From contig CAVVKJ010000014.1 in the NCBI GenBank assembly GCA_963748815.1, positions 32,001-96,000 of the forward strand: 64,000 nucleotides of DNA, written 5' to 3'. Position 1 is the first letter of the stretch. Each line of letters starts with the position of its first letter. A program made the position numbers and the translations under genes. This DNA comes from an uncultured Gemmatimonadales bacterium. Lineage in GTDB: Bacteria; Gemmatimonadota; Gemmatimonadetes; Gemmatimonadales; GWC2-71-9. This document shows positions 46,876 to 58,205 of the stretch, piece by piece. Under the pieces are notes generated by a model. The model worked only from the letters and a program-made list of their open reading frames with translations, did not search any database and had not been told where the DNA came from.

Positions 46876-49062
46876 CCGCTCCGACGCTCGACCTCGCCCC
46901 CGAACTTCGTGCCGTGCTGGCGAAGCACGCCGACCGCCTCGATCTGGACCTGATCGAGCGGGCGCTGCGCTTCAGCACCTCGGCGCATCACGGCCAGAAG
47001 CGGGCGTCCGGCGAGGAGTTCATTTCCCACAGCATCGCCGTGGCCATGATCCTGGCGGAGCAGCTGCCCGACTCGACCTCGATCGCGGCGGCGCTCCTCC
47101 ACGACGTGGTCGAGGATTCCGACGTCGGCGTCGAGGACATCGCCCGCGACTTCGGCCCCGAGGTCGGCGTCATCGTCGACGGCCTGACCAAGATTTCGCA
47201 CCTCACCTTCCGCTCCACCGCCGAGGAGCAGGTCGAGAACTACCGCAAGCTGCTGCTGTCGATCGCCAAGGACGCGCGGGTCATCATCATCAAGCTCGCC
47301 GACCGCCTGCACAACATGCGGACGCTCGAGCATCTCGAGCCCGCAGAAGCGCGCCCGGATCGCCACGGAGACGCGGGAAATCTACGCGCCGCTGGCGCAT
47401 CGCTTCGGCATGGCGCGGCATGAAGGCCGAACTCGAGGACCTCGCCTTCCGGTTCCTGGAGCCGGAGGAGTACAAGGCGCTCTCGGAGCAGGTCGCGGCC
47501 GAGCGCGAGGCGCGCGAGCAGATGATCGACCGGCTCCGCCGGCCGCTGGAGGACGAACTCAAGCGGGCGGGGATCGCCGCCGAGGTGACGGGGCGCCCGA
47601 AGCACCTCTGGTCCATCGAGCAGAAGATGAAGCGGCGCGGCAAGCCGTTCGACGAGATCTACGACCTGATGGCGGTCCGCGTCATCGTGGCGACCGTCCC
47701 GGAGTGCTACCACGTCCTGGGCATCATCCACCACAACTGGACGCCGCTGCAGGAGCGCATCAAGGACTACATCGCCAGCCCCAAGTCCAACGCCTACCAG
47801 TCGCTGCACACCACCATCTTCGGGCCCGGGGGCGAGCTCTTCGAGGTGCAGATCCGCACCAAGGAGATGCACCGCACGGCGGAGTACGGCATCGCCGCGC
47901 ACTGGGTGTACAAGAACGAGGGCAAGGGCGACGACGAACTCGACCAGGCGCTCGGCTGGTTCCGCCAGCTCCTCGAACTGCAGCAGGACACCCACACCCC
48001 CGAGGAGTTCCTCGAGTTCCTCAAGGTGGACCTGTACCAGGACGAGATCTTCATGTTCACGCCGCAGGGGGACGTGAAGCGGCTCCCCAAGGGTGCCACG
48101 CCGATCGACTTCGCCTTCCACGTGCACACCGAGGTCGGCCTCAAGTGCCAGGGCGCCAAGATCAACGGCCGGATCGCGCCGCTGCATCGCGAACTGAAGA
48201 ACGGCGACACCGTGGAGATTCTCACCAGCCAGCACGCCCGGCCGAGCCGCGACTGGCTCAACCACGTGCATACCGCGCGCGCGCGGCACAAGATCAAGCA
48301 GTGGATCCGGGAGGAGGAGGAGTCGGTCAGCCTGCAGATGGGCCGAGAGATTCTCGCCCGCGAGACGCGACGCCGCCGGCTCGACGCGCCGGCGCCGGAG
48401 CAGCTCGAGCGCGGCGCCGTCGCCCTCGGCCTCCACAGCGGGACGGCGCTCGAGATCGCGATCGGCCGGGGCGACGTGGCCATCGGGCAGGTCTTCCGGG
48501 TGCTCTATCCCGACCGGCCGCCGGATGAACTCGCAGGACCCGAAGCCGACCGTCTTCGGCCGCCTGGTGGACCGGATCCGCCTCGGCCGCGGCATCAAGA
48601 TTCACGGGGTCGACGGCCTCATGGTGCGGTACGCCCAGTGCTGCCAGCCGGTGCCGGGCGATCCGGTGTCGGGCTACGTGACGCAGGGCCGGGGCATCTC
48701 GATTCACCGCGCCGACTGTCCCAACCTGCTGACGCTGAGCTCCGAGGGGCGGCGGGTGGACATCGACTGGCAGGAGGTGGAGGGCGAGGCCTTCTCGGTG
48801 CGGCTGGCGCTCTCAGGGGAGGATCGGCGGGGGCTCTACGCCGACATCATGTCGGCCATCAGTTCCACCGGCACCAACATCCGGTCGGCGCGATATCCAT
48901 ACCAAGGACGGCACCGTCTTCGGCACCGTCTTCGTCGAGGTCGACAACATCGCGCATCTCGCGAAGGTGCTGAAGGCGGTGCGGCGGGTCAAAGGCGTCG
49001 TCGAGGTGGAGCGCCGGGAGGCGCCGGGGCCGGCAGGGCCGGGGGGCAGCGGGGCGGCCTAG
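46872..49062 (+). CDS. relA: RelA/SpoT (p)ppGpp synthetase/hydrolase, four +1 frameshifts
   Basis: LLHDVVED, KLADRLHNMRTL, GRPKHLWS, YQSLHT, TGS domain (PIDFA), AQCCQPVPGD and ACT domain. Confidence 0.92.
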
Positions 49063-49901
49063 TTCCCGATCACACAGCGCGTTGGATTCCCGGACTCATA
49101 GCCGCGCATGAACCACTCGCTGCGCTGCGCCGCCGAGCCGTGGGTGAAGGCGTCCGGGTTCACGTACCCGCCCCCCATCCGCTGGATGCGATCGTCGCCC
49201 ACCGCCGCCGCCGCCGCCAGCCCCTCCTCGATGTCGCCCCCCTCCAGCAGCCCCCGCGATCGGGCCGAACTGGCCCAGATGCCGGCATAGCAGTCGGCCT
49301 GGAGCTCCAGCGCGACGGAGTAGGCGTTGGCCCGCGACGGGTCGCGCTGCTGGGCGCGGCGCATCTCGGCCTCGGTGCCGATGAGGTGCTGGACATGATG
49401 CCCGATCTCGTGGGCCAGCACGTAGGCCTGGGCAAAGTCGCCGGGCGCGCCGAAGCGGTCCCGCAACTCGTCGTAGAACCCGAGGTCGATGTAGACTTGC
49501 GAGTCGCCGGGGCAGTAGAAGGGGCCGGTGGCCGATTGCGCGTAGCCACAGGCGGACTGTACGCCGTCGCGGAAGAGGACCAGCCGCGCGTCGCCATACT
49601 GGGCGTCGCTGCCAGCGAAGATGGTCGCCCACGTCTGCTGGGCGTCGTCGAGTACGTAGGAAATGAACTGCTTCGTCGAGTCCTCGGCCGGCGAGGAAAC
49701 GGGATCCGAACCCGCCGTGACCGACGGCTGGTCGTCCGCAAACCCTCCGGCCAGGGAGAGAAAGTCCCGCTTGAAGACGATGCTCAGGATGAGCAGGATG
49801 ACGATGCCGCCGAGACCGAGCCGGCCCCCCGGCATCCGCCCGCCTCCGCGGCCCCGGCGGTCCTCGACGTTGGAACTCTGATAGCCACGCTGCCACTTCA
49901 T
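49059..49901 (-). CDS. neutral zinc metallopeptidase (YpfJ family)
   Basis: SSNVEDRRG, GPFYCP, AHEIGHHVQ, ELQADC and FTHG motifs. Confidence 0.92.
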   Translation of the reverse strand: MKWQRGYQSSNVEDRRGRGGGRMPGGRLGLGGIVILLILSIVFKRDFLSLAGGFADDQPSVTAGSDPVSSPAEDSTKQFISYVLDDAQQTWATIFAGSDAQYGDARLVLFRDGVQSACGYAQSATGPFYCPGDSQVYIDLGFYDELRDRFGAPGDFAQAYVLAHEIGHHVQHLIGTEAEMRRAQQRDPSRANAYSVALELQADCYAGIWASSARSRGLLEGGDIEEGLAAAAAVGDDRIQRMGGGYVNPDAFTHGSAAQRSEWFMRGYESGNPTRCVIGN

Positions 49902-49945
49902 GCCGGGATCTCCGCTCGCGGGTAGGGCGCCCCAGGGAATCGACG

Positions 49946-50341
49946 ATGCCTCAATATTGGCTGATCAAGACCGAGCCGTCCACCTATTCGTTCGACGACC
50001 TTGCGCGGGAACAGGTCACGACCTGGGACGGCATCAAGAACGCGCTCGCGCTCATCCACCTCCGCGCGATGCAGCCCGGCGACGGCCTCCTGATTTATCA
50101 CTCCGGGAAGGAAAAGGCGATCGTGGGGCGGGGGAGCGTCGTGGCCCCGCCGCGCACCAGCGGGAAGGTGACAGTGGTGGACGTGCGATGCGAGGCGCGC
50201 CTGGCGTCGCCGGTCACGCTGGCGCAAATCAAACGGGAGCCCGGCCTGGCCGGGCTCCCGCTGATCCGCAACACCCGGCTCTCCGTCATGCCTGTCACCG
50301 CCGACGAATGGGAGGCGGTGAACCGGGTGGCGCGTGGATAG
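49946..50341 (+). CDS. EVE domain protein
   Basis: YWLIKTEPSTYS, WDGIKN, MQPGD..IYHSG and RLSVMPV motifs. Confidence 0.9.
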   Translation: MPQYWLIKTEPSTYSFDDLAREQVTTWDGIKNALALIHLRAMQPGDGLLIYHSGKEKAIVGRGSVVAPPRTSGKVTVVDVRCEARLASPVTLAQIKREPGLAGLPLIRNTRLSVMPVTADEWEAVNRVARG

Positions 50342-50359
50342 GCGCCTCTGCATGCCTGG

Positions 50360-51691
50360 TCAGATGCCGGTACAGCACGCCGTGCCGCAGCGCGACCAGG
50401 TCTTTGCGTCCGCTTCACTCCAGTTCCATCGGGCGGCGGCGGCCGGGATGACGTCACCGCCGTGGGTGCGACGCCGTACGCAGTAGTAGTACGGGTCACC
50501 CGCTGCCGGAGTGACTCGGCCCCACCAGGTGTCCTGGGAGTCGGGATCGATCCCCGTGCAGTGTTTGGCTCCCGCCGGTATGCTGCAGTCGCTCTGCGTC
50601 CCGTTGCAGATATCGACCCGGTTCATCCCGGCTTGCATTGGATACTTCGCGGAATACGTCGCATCCACGAATACGTAGGCGCTGGGTATCCAGGTGCTCC
50701 GGTAGGCGTCCACCGCGACCGAATCCAGCGCAGGCTGAGGAAAGACCACCCCCGAGACATCGGCCAGGATCAGCCGGCTATCCTCCGTCCGCAGGTCGAG
50801 ACGCTGGCGATCGGACCATCCCTTCACTGCCACCACGCGCAGCACTTCGTCCGGTGTGGCCTGGTGGACTCCCGATTTGGGGATGGGCACGACCGCCGCA
50901 AGGAACTCCGCCCCCTCCGCGGTGCCGTCGGCCGGGTCGGATGGCGCGAAGCCGGGCGCGCCAACCTCGCACCATGTGTCGCCGCACCGGATGCCGATGT
51001 ACTGCTGACGGTTCTTCTTGTCCCAGTCCCACCGCGCCACCGGAGGAATGTCCCGGGGCTTCAAGGGCGGAGGCGGCGCCACGGGGAGCACCTCGAGCTC
51101 GGTCCCGGCAAGGATGGCGCGACTCGCGGTGTCGATGGGAGCCAGGCACCGAGTCGGCTCCGATTCCACCGGCGGTTTGTCCCCGAGGGCGACGAGCGTG
51201 CCGTGCCAGGTACCGTCGTTCCAGAGGAAGAGGCAGTTGAATCCGGGCTTGATGCCGAGCGGGGCGTAGTCGTGGTCGGCGTCGAAGTTGTATAGGACAG
51301 CCACCGGAACGGCCTTGCCGTTGAGGGAGTCCCCTCGTGCAAAGGCGAGGTCAAGCTGGTTCGCGGCCCAGACCGCCACGAGCGGCCCGAAGGCCAGGCT
51401 GTCGCTGGACGGCGCCGACGCGAGCCCCGAAGTCGTCGCCGGGATGACGAATCGCTGGCAGTCATGGAACTCGGGCATGTCGGCAATCGGGCCGACCAGC
51501 GGAAGGCTCGAACCGGTGAGGCTGTCGTGCTCCGAGGTCCAAATGACCAGGTGGTCCTGCTGGCAGTCATTCTTCAACGATGTATCGGGTGGTTTGGGGG
51601 GCCAGGGGCAGGCGACCAAACCAAGCGCGGCCAATCCGGCCACTGTCCACCAGGTCCATCTGCTCGTGTTGGCACGTCCGCTTGTTCGCAT
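50360..51691 (-). CDS. Cys-rich putative lipoprotein of unknown function with an internal duplication
   Basis: 443-aa ORF, LVAC lipobox, 14 Cys; lies directly downstream of the kinase gene. Confidence 0.75.
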   Translation of the reverse strand: MRTSGRANTSRWTWWTVAGLAALGLVACPWPPKPPDTSLKNDCQQDHLVIWTSEHDSLTGSSLPLVGPIADMPEFHDCQRFVIPATTSGLASAPSSDSLAFGPLVAVWAANQLDLAFARGDSLNGKAVPVAVLYNFDADHDYAPLGIKPGFNCLFLWNDGTWHGTLVALGDKPPVESEPTRCLAPIDTASRAILAGTELEVLPVAPPPPLKPRDIPPVARWDWDKKNRQQYIGIRCGDTWCEVGAPGFAPSDPADGTAEGAEFLAAVVPIPKSGVHQATPDEVLRVVAVKGWSDRQRLDLRTEDSRLILADVSGVVFPQPALDSVAVDAYRSTWIPSAYVFVDATYSAKYPMQAGMNRVDICNGTQSDCSIPAGAKHCTGIDPDSQDTWWGRVTPAAGDPYYYCVRRRTHGGDVIPAAAARWNWSEADAKTWSRCGTACCTGI

Positions 51692-51733
51692 CGATCCCCC
51701 CGGGATAAGAGGCTGTTGGCGTGATTCCGGTAT

Positions 51734-54700
51734 TCAGTGGGTGAGCGCCTTCATTTCCTCGACGAGCGGTTGCAGGAAGTCGTCCGCGCCCGACCACAGG
51801 GCGAGCACCGCCTGGGCCCAGGCCCTTGCCGCGACACGATCTCCCTCCCGCTCCGCCAGCCTGGCGCGAAGCGCCATCGCCCGCACCAGCGGCCCCGCCT
51901 GATAGACCTCGAGAAAGAGCTGGGGTGGTGTCCGGGGGAGGGCGGTCAGGATCGGGTCGAGCCACGCCACCGCCGAACCGTCGTCACCCAGCTCGGCCAT
52001 CAACCACGCCGTGCCATAGCCGAGGTCGATGGTCCGCTCGCCCGGCTGATCCGGAGGCCTCATGGCGACATGCGGGGCCAGCGCCCGTCGGGCGCCCGGC
52101 AAGTCGCCGCGGAGGAACGCCGCATCGGCGTTCAGGAGGCCCGTGCCCGCGCCGGCCAGCTGCTCGACTTCCGGAAACTGAAACGCGGGAAAGCCGACGA
52201 GGATCGGGAGGTGGAGCCACATCTCCTCGGCCCGGGAGCGGACCTCCGGGTCGACGGACGCCTCGAGCGCTCGGCCTACCTGGGGCGCAAGCACCCGCAG
52301 GCTGTCGACCGGGCCGCCCATGGACGCGTAGGTGAGAAAGGTGATGCCGATGCCGACCAGCGCCGGCGGCGTGTCCGGGCGGGCCCGACTGGAAATGCTC
52401 CGACCCAGGCGTGCCGCCAGGTGGGCCCGGCCGGTGAGTGCCGCCAGGCTGGCCAGGAGCATCGGCTCCACGGAGCCGTCCGTCGGGGCGTGATCGAGCA
52501 GGGAATCGGCAAGCCGTCGCGCGGCGCGAAGTTCCCAGAAGCCCGCGGGGGCGTTGAACAGGACGCGCATCCAGACTTCCGAGGTGGCGACCCGGATGGT
52601 CTCGCCCGGATTCCGCGCCAGCCGCCGTGCCTGCTCAAGGGTGTCGAGCGCCGAGCGATCCCCGAGCAATTGGAGCGAGACCGCGAGCGCCTGCAGGGCA
52701 TCGGCATTGGACGGGTAGGCGGCGACCCAGCCGCGTGCGATGTCGTAGAGACGCTGCCGCTGGTGGCGGATCGCCTCACGGGTGGTCGGATCGCCCGACG
52801 TCACGATCTCCGTCCCCGCCGCCCACTCGATGGGGAACAGCACGAGGGTGTCCCCCTGCCACGAGGGGAATGCGTAGAACTTCGCGGGGTCTGGCGGCGG
52901 TCCCTCGCCGCGCCGAAAATCGGTGCCGCTCGCCAGCAGCAGGTGGACCATCTTCGAATACGATTCGGTGCGGAGATCCTTGAGAATGGAAGGGAGGAGC
53001 GCATAGGCTTGCTCAAAGGCGCGCAGCGCGGCGTGGTAACTGGACCGGAATCGCCAGGTGGTGGGCGACCGGGGGTCTCGCACCACGACCCGGTCCTGCT
53101 GCAGGCAGACAGCCAGGCCGTACCAGACGACAAAGTCGAAGGCGTGCGCGGTGGTCAACGCCTCCCATCGTTCGCACGCGGCGAGAATATCGCCCTGGGC
53201 CTGCGCCAGGACGGCCTCGGCGATCTCGCGGTCACGGATTGACAGGTCGCTCCGGGCGGCCACCGCGCGTTCGGCCGACGACCGCCAGGTGGCGGGTGCG
53301 GATGGATCCACCCAGAGGCGCACGAGGGCGAGCCAGAGGTGGGCCTGGGCGTATGCGGGATCAAACCGCAGGGCGGCGACGAAATGCGAATCTGCGGCGG
53401 TGAGATTCCAGTCGTTAATCGCGGAAGTCCCTTCCTCGAACGCCTGGCGGGCCGGCAGCGAGGTCGTCCGGCCCGCCGGCTGATAGCCGCCGGTGACCCC
53501 CGCATTCACCAGGAGCCGTTCGCCCAGTTCGGTGAACGCGGCATCTCGGCCGTTGAGATCGGCGGGGATGCGCACCGCATGCTCCCGGAGCACCGGGTTG
53601 ACACTCCCGGGCGCCACGCTGTACAGGACCGCGTGGATGCGGATCGAATCGCCGATCCGGGAGGCGTCGGCACGGATGTACCGTCCGGCCCCCAGCTGCG
53701 CCGCAAAGCGGTCCCACTCCCGGCGGGAATAGCCGGCGGTGTCGCGCCGGGCGACGGCCTCGCGGACCTGGAACGGATCGACCACGTGAATGCCGTTCCA
53801 CCGGCCCAGGGCGTCCTGGAGCAGGAGGGAGGGATGCAGCAGCTCAGGGACGCCGGAGTCTTCGCTGAACGAGACGATCGCGTACCGGGTGGTGTCGAGC
53901 GCGGCCGCGGCACTTTCGGCGCGGCGCTGCGCGGCCCCGCCGCCGGCGAGGTACCAGGCGCCGGCGACCCCGACGCCCGCCAGGAGGAGGAACCCCCACG
54001 TGCGCCGGCGCGCGGAGGGCGGGCGCGACCGCAGCGTCGTCGGCTCCCAGCCCCCGGAGGCCGTCGGCTGCAGGGCCTCGATGAACTCGCCCGCGGTCGC
54101 AAACCGGTCCGCCGGAGATTTCTCCAGCGCGCGCATCACCGTCCGCTCGACCGACAGCGGCACCGAGGCGCGGATGGTGCGGAGCGACGGCACCTGGTCC
54201 ATCCGGTGCCGCGCCAGCACCGCGTGCGGGCTGATGCCGGTGAACGGCGGCTCCCCGCCGAGCATCTCGTACAGGACGCAGCCGAGGGAGTAGAGGTCGC
54301 TCCGTCCATCGAGATCCGGCTCACCGCCTGCCTGCTCGGGCGACATGTATGCCGGCGTGCCGATGACGAGGCCGGCACTCGTCACCGCGTCCGGATCGAC
54401 CGCCTCCCGCACCGCGCGGGCGATGCCGAAGTCGGCCACCACGGCGTGCCCGTCCATCAGGAGGATGTTGCCCGGCTTGATGTCGCGGTGCACCACGCCG
54501 CGCCCATGCGCGTGCCCCAGCGCGGCGGCCACCTCACGCGCGATCTGGAGCGACTCGTCGAGCGGCAGCTGCTTCTCCCGGAGCAGGCGCTCGCGCAGCG
54601 TCTCCCCTTCGACGTACGGCATGGTGTAGTACGGCAGCGCCGGCGACTCGTCGGTTGGCGGAATGGTGCCCGAGTCGAGCAGCGGCAGGATGTTCGGGTG

Positions 54701-54913
54701 GGTCAGGTCGGAGGAAATGCGGATTTCTCGGAGGAAGCGCCCCCGGGTCATCACCCCGGCGAGCTCAGGGCGGAGGACCTTGATCGCGACGTGGCGGGGA
54801 TGCTTGAGCTCGCGGGCGAGGTAGACCGTGGCCATCCCCCCGCGGCCCAGCTCCCGTTCGAGCTGGTACGTGTCGGCCAGCGCACGCTGAAGGGAACTGA
54901 AGAGATCGTCCAC
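51734..54913 (-). CDS. Hanks-type Ser/Thr kinase with a transmembrane helix and TPR-like C-terminal region
   Basis: GRGGMATV, VAIKVL, HRDIKPGN, DFG, TPAYMSPE and DLYSLG motifs; GGAGG SD before the GTG at 54913. Confidence 0.9.
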   Translation of the reverse strand: MDDLFSSLQRALADTYQLERELGRGGMATVYLARELKHPRHVAIKVLRPELAGVMTRGRFLREIRISSDLTHPNILPLLDSGTIPPTDESPALPYYTMPYVEGETLRERLLREKQLPLDESLQIAREVAAALGHAHGRGVVHRDIKPGNILLMDGHAVVADFGIARAVREAVDPDAVTSAGLVIGTPAYMSPEQAGGEPDLDGRSDLYSLGCVLYEMLGGEPPFTGISPHAVLARHRMDQVPSLRTIRASVPLSVERTVMRALEKSPADRFATAGEFIEALQPTASGGWEPTTLRSRPPSARRRTWGFLLLAGVGVAGAWYLAGGGAAQRRAESAAAALDTTRYAIVSFSEDSGVPELLHPSLLLQDALGRWNGIHVVDPFQVREAVARRDTAGYSRREWDRFAAQLGAGRYIRADASRIGDSIRIHAVLYSVAPGSVNPVLREHAVRIPADLNGRDAAFTELGERLLVNAGVTGGYQPAGRTTSLPARQAFEEGTSAINDWNLTAADSHFVAALRFDPAYAQAHLWLALVRLWVDPSAPATWRSSAERAVAARSDLSIRDREIAEAVLAQAQGDILAACERWEALTTAHAFDFVVWYGLAVCLQQDRVVVRDPRSPTTWRFRSSYHAALRAFEQAYALLPSILKDLRTESYSKMVHLLLASGTDFRRGEGPPPDPAKFYAFPSWQGDTLVLFPIEWAAGTEIVTSGDPTTREAIRHQRQRLYDIARGWVAAYPSNADALQALAVSLQLLGDRSALDTLEQARRLARNPGETIRVATSEVWMRVLFNAPAGFWELRAARRLADSLLDHAPTDGSVEPMLLASLAALTGRAHLAARLGRSISSRARPDTPPALVGIGITFLTYASMGGPVDSLRVLAPQVGRALEASVDPEVRSRAEEMWLHLPILVGFPAFQFPEVEQLAGAGTGLLNADAAFLRGDLPGARRALAPHVAMRPPDQPGERTIDLGYGTAWLMAELGDDGSAVAWLDPILTALPRTPPQLFLEVYQAGPLVRAMALRARLAEREGDRVAARAWAQAVLALWSGADDFLQPLVEEMKALTH

Positions 54914-55031
54914 CCCGGCACCTCCATCCCGGCTACCATACCGTCCGTTCGAAATTCGGGCAAGCGGACCGGAGCGGTGATGCAACGCCCCGACCCTACC
55001 GAACATTTCCCGAAAGTGCTAGATTTGGCGG

Positions 55032-57078
55032 ATGGCTACCACCCTGTTCAAGGTCGAGGCGCCGTTCGAACCCGCGGGCGACCAGCCCCGCGCCATCGAG
55101 GAGCTCACCGCCGGGCTGCGCCGGGGCGATGCCTACCAGACGCTCCTCGGCGTGACCGGCTCCGGCAAGACGATGACCCTCGCGAACGTCATCGCCGCCT
55201 ACGGCCGCCCGACCCTGGTCCTCTCCCACAACAAGACCCTCGCCGCGCAGCTCTACGGCGAATTGCGCCAGTTCCTGCCCACCAACGCGGTGGAGTACTT
55301 CGTCTCGTACTACGACTACTACCAGCCCGAGGCCTACGTCCCGAGCTCCGACGTCTACATCGAGAAGGATGCCTCGATCAACGAGGACATCGAGCGGCTG
55401 CGGCTCCGCGCCACCTCCAGCCTCATCGAGCGGGAAGACGTCGTGATCGTCGCCACCGTCAGCGCCATTTACGGCCTCGGTGATCCGGTCGAGTACCGCG
55501 CCCAGATGGTCACGGTGGAGCAGGGGAGCGAACGGGGGCGGGATTCAATCCTCGAGGCGCTCGTCGCCATCCAGTACAGCCGGAACGACGTCAGCTTCGA
55601 GCCCGGCACCTTTCGCGTCCGGGGCGACACCGTCGAGATCTTCCCCGCCTACGAGGAGCGCGCCGTCCGCATCGAGCTCTGGGGCGACACGGTAGAGCGA
55701 ATCACCAAGATCAATCCGCTCACCGGCGAGGCGCTGCAGGCCATGCCGCGCTGCGCCATCTACCCGGCCAAGCATTTCGTGACGCAGCGGGCCAAGATCG
55801 AGCGCGCGGTGCGCATCATCCGCGAGGAACTCGCCGAGCGGCTCAAGGTGCTCCGTGAGGCTGGCAAGCTGCTCGAAGCGCAGCGGCTCGAGACCCGCAC
55901 CCACTTCGACATCGACATGCTGCTCGAGGTCGGCATCTGCTCCGGCATCGAGAACTACTCCCGCCACCTCAGCGGCCGCGCCGAGGGCGAACGCCCCGCC
56001 TGTCTCTTCGACTACTTCCCGCCGGAGTTCCTGGTGGTGGTGGACGAGTCGCACGTCACCCTGCCCGCAGATCGGCGGGATGTCGAACGGCGACCGGGCC
56101 CGGAAGGAAACGCTGGTCGAGTACGGCTTTCGCCTCCCGTCGGCGCTCGACAACCGCCCGCTCCGGTTCGACGAGTTCCTGGCCCTCGCCCCACAGATGA
56201 TCAACGTCTCGGCCACGCCGGGCGATCTCGAACTCAAGCTGTCGGGCGGCGCCATCGTCGAGCAGATCATCCGCCCCACCGGGCTCATCGATCCCCTGGT
56301 CGAGATCCGGCCGGTCAAGGGCCAGGTCGACGACCTGCTGCACGAAATCCGCGAACGCACCCGTCGCAAGGAGCGGGTGCTCGTGACCACCCTCACCAAG
56401 CGGATGTCCGAGGACCTCACCGACTATTTCCAGCAGCACGGGGTCGCGGTGCGCTATCTCCACTCCGACATCGACGCCATCGAGCGGATCGAGATCCTGC
56501 GCGGCCTCCGCCTTGGCGACTTCGACGTGCTGGTCGGCATCAACCTCCTCCGCGAGGGGCTCGACCTCCCGGAGGTGTCGCTGGTGGCCATTCTCGACGC
56601 CGACCAGGAGGGGTTCCTCCGCTCCGACCGTTCGCTGATCCAGACCGTCGGCCGGGCCGCCCGCCACCTCGGCGGGCTCGGCATCCTCTACGCCGACCGG
56701 ATCACCGGCTCGATGGAACGGGCGCTGCGCGAAATGGACCGGCGCCGCGCCATCCAGGTCGCCCACAACGAGGAGCACGGCATCACCCCGCGCTCCATCG
56801 TCAAGTCGTTCGAGCAGGTGCGGCTCTCCACCTACGTGGCCGACGCCCGCGCCGAGAAGGTCGAGCCGATCGCGGCGGGGTCGCTCGTGCGCGAGGACCT
56901 GCACGACCCGGCCGTCCGCGCCAAGACCATCGCGGCGCTGGAGCGGCAGATGAAGGAGGCGGCGGCCAACCTGGAGTTCGAGCTCGCGGCGCTCCTCCGC
57001 GACCAGGTGAACGACCTCAAGGCGTCGGGCGCTCCCGACGTCCGGCGGGACGGCGGTCGACGGCGGAGGTTCGCCTGA
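55032..57078 (+). CDS. uvrB: excinuclease ABC subunit B, +1 frameshift near 56065
   Basis: [36 protein letters not shown] and UVR-domain motifs. Confidence 0.95.
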
Positions 57079-57486
57079 TGCGGGAGGTGACGGAGGCCCA
57101 GCTCGTGGCGGAGGGCGAGGAGCTGGGACGCACCCTCCCCCCCGGCGCCATTCTCACTCTTCGAGGGCGACCTCGGCGCCGGCAAGACCACCTTCATCCG
57201 CGCCATCGTGCGCGGCCTGGGCGTCGAGCCCCCCGCCACCAGCCCGACCTACGCGCTCGTGCACCGCTACGCCGGACGGCGGGGGCCGGTCTTCCACCTC
57301 GACTGCTACCGCCTCCGCGATCCCGAGGAGGCCGCCGACCTCGACTGGGAGTCGCTGCTCACCGACGGCGACGCCGTGCTCATCGAATGGCCCGAAAAGG
57401 CCGGCGCCTGGGTTCCCGAGCCGACCATGCGGTTCCGGCTGACGCATCTCGACGACCCGGGCCGCCGCGCGCTGGAGTCGTTCTGA
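57078..57486 (+). CDS. tsaE: t6A biosynthesis ATPase TsaE, +1 frameshift near 57160
   Basis: [22 protein letters not shown] and IEWPE motifs. Confidence 0.9.
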
Positions 57487-58205
57487 TGTGGCTCGCCCTC
57501 GAGACCTCCTCGGACCGGGCCTCCGTCGCCGTCGGGCAGCCGGGACGAGTCCTCGCCGAGACCAGCCTCGAAGGGGCGCGCCAGCACGCCGGCGCCCTCC
57601 CTCGGCTCATCGAGGAAGCGCTGGCCCAGGCCGGGACGGAACTCGCCGCGCTCGAGGCGGTCATCCTCGGCGACGGCCCGGGCAGTTTCACCGGGCTGCG
57701 GGTGGGCGCCTCGGTCGCGAAGGCGCTGGTCCGCTCGCATCGGCTCGCCTTCTACACCACCCCCGCGCTCGCCGCGGTCGCGCTGGCGGCCAGGCCGTCG
57801 CCGGAGGAGCGGGTGCTCGCCGTGGCGAACGCGCTCCGCGGCGAGGTCTACGCCGCGGAATACCGGTTCCCGGAGGGGCGGGTCGAGGTGCTGCAGGCGC
57901 CGGCCGTCTGGCTGCCCGAGCGCCTCCTCGCCGACTGCCCGGTGCCCGACGTCGTCTGCGGCATCGTTCCCGAGGGGCTGGCCGACCGGCTGGCGGAGTG
58001 GCAGGCCGGCCGCCATCCGCGGACCGTGCGCGGTGTGGCCACGGCGGGCGCGCTGCTGGAGCTCACGGCACGCGCCGACGGCGCGGTGCGCGTGGCCGCG
58101 CCCGCGCAGTGGGAACCGCAGTACGGTCGGCCGGCGGAAGCACAGGCCAAGTGGGAACGGGATCATGGACAGACACTCCCCGATTCGCCCGGCCACTTTC
58201 GCTGA
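57486..58205 (+). CDS. tsaB: t6A biosynthesis protein TsaB
   Basis: [22 protein letters not shown] and EPQYGR motifs. Confidence 0.9.
   Translation: MWLALETSSDRASVAVGQPGRVLAETSLEGARQHAGALPRLIEEALAQAGTELAALEAVILGDGPGSFTGLRVGASVAKALVRSHRLAFYTTPALAAVALAARPSPEERVLAVANALRGEVYAAEYRFPEGRVEVLQAPAVWLPERLLADCPVPDVVCGIVPEGLADRLAEWQAGRHPRTVRGVATAGALLELTARADGAVRVAAPAQWEPQYGRPAEAQAKWERDHGQTLPDSPGHFR

Noticed and set aside
54999..55016. Possible LexA box (CGAACATTTCCCG) upstream of uvrB
   Set aside because: Only a GAAC half-site; no matching GTTC half, and no similar site at ssb or radC
55032..58205. Apparent 1057-aa UvrB-TsaE-TsaB fusion
   Set aside because: Artefact of frameshifts in uvrB and tsaE; the intervening stretches are off-frame nonsense, and each gene has its own stop and start (TGATG overlaps)
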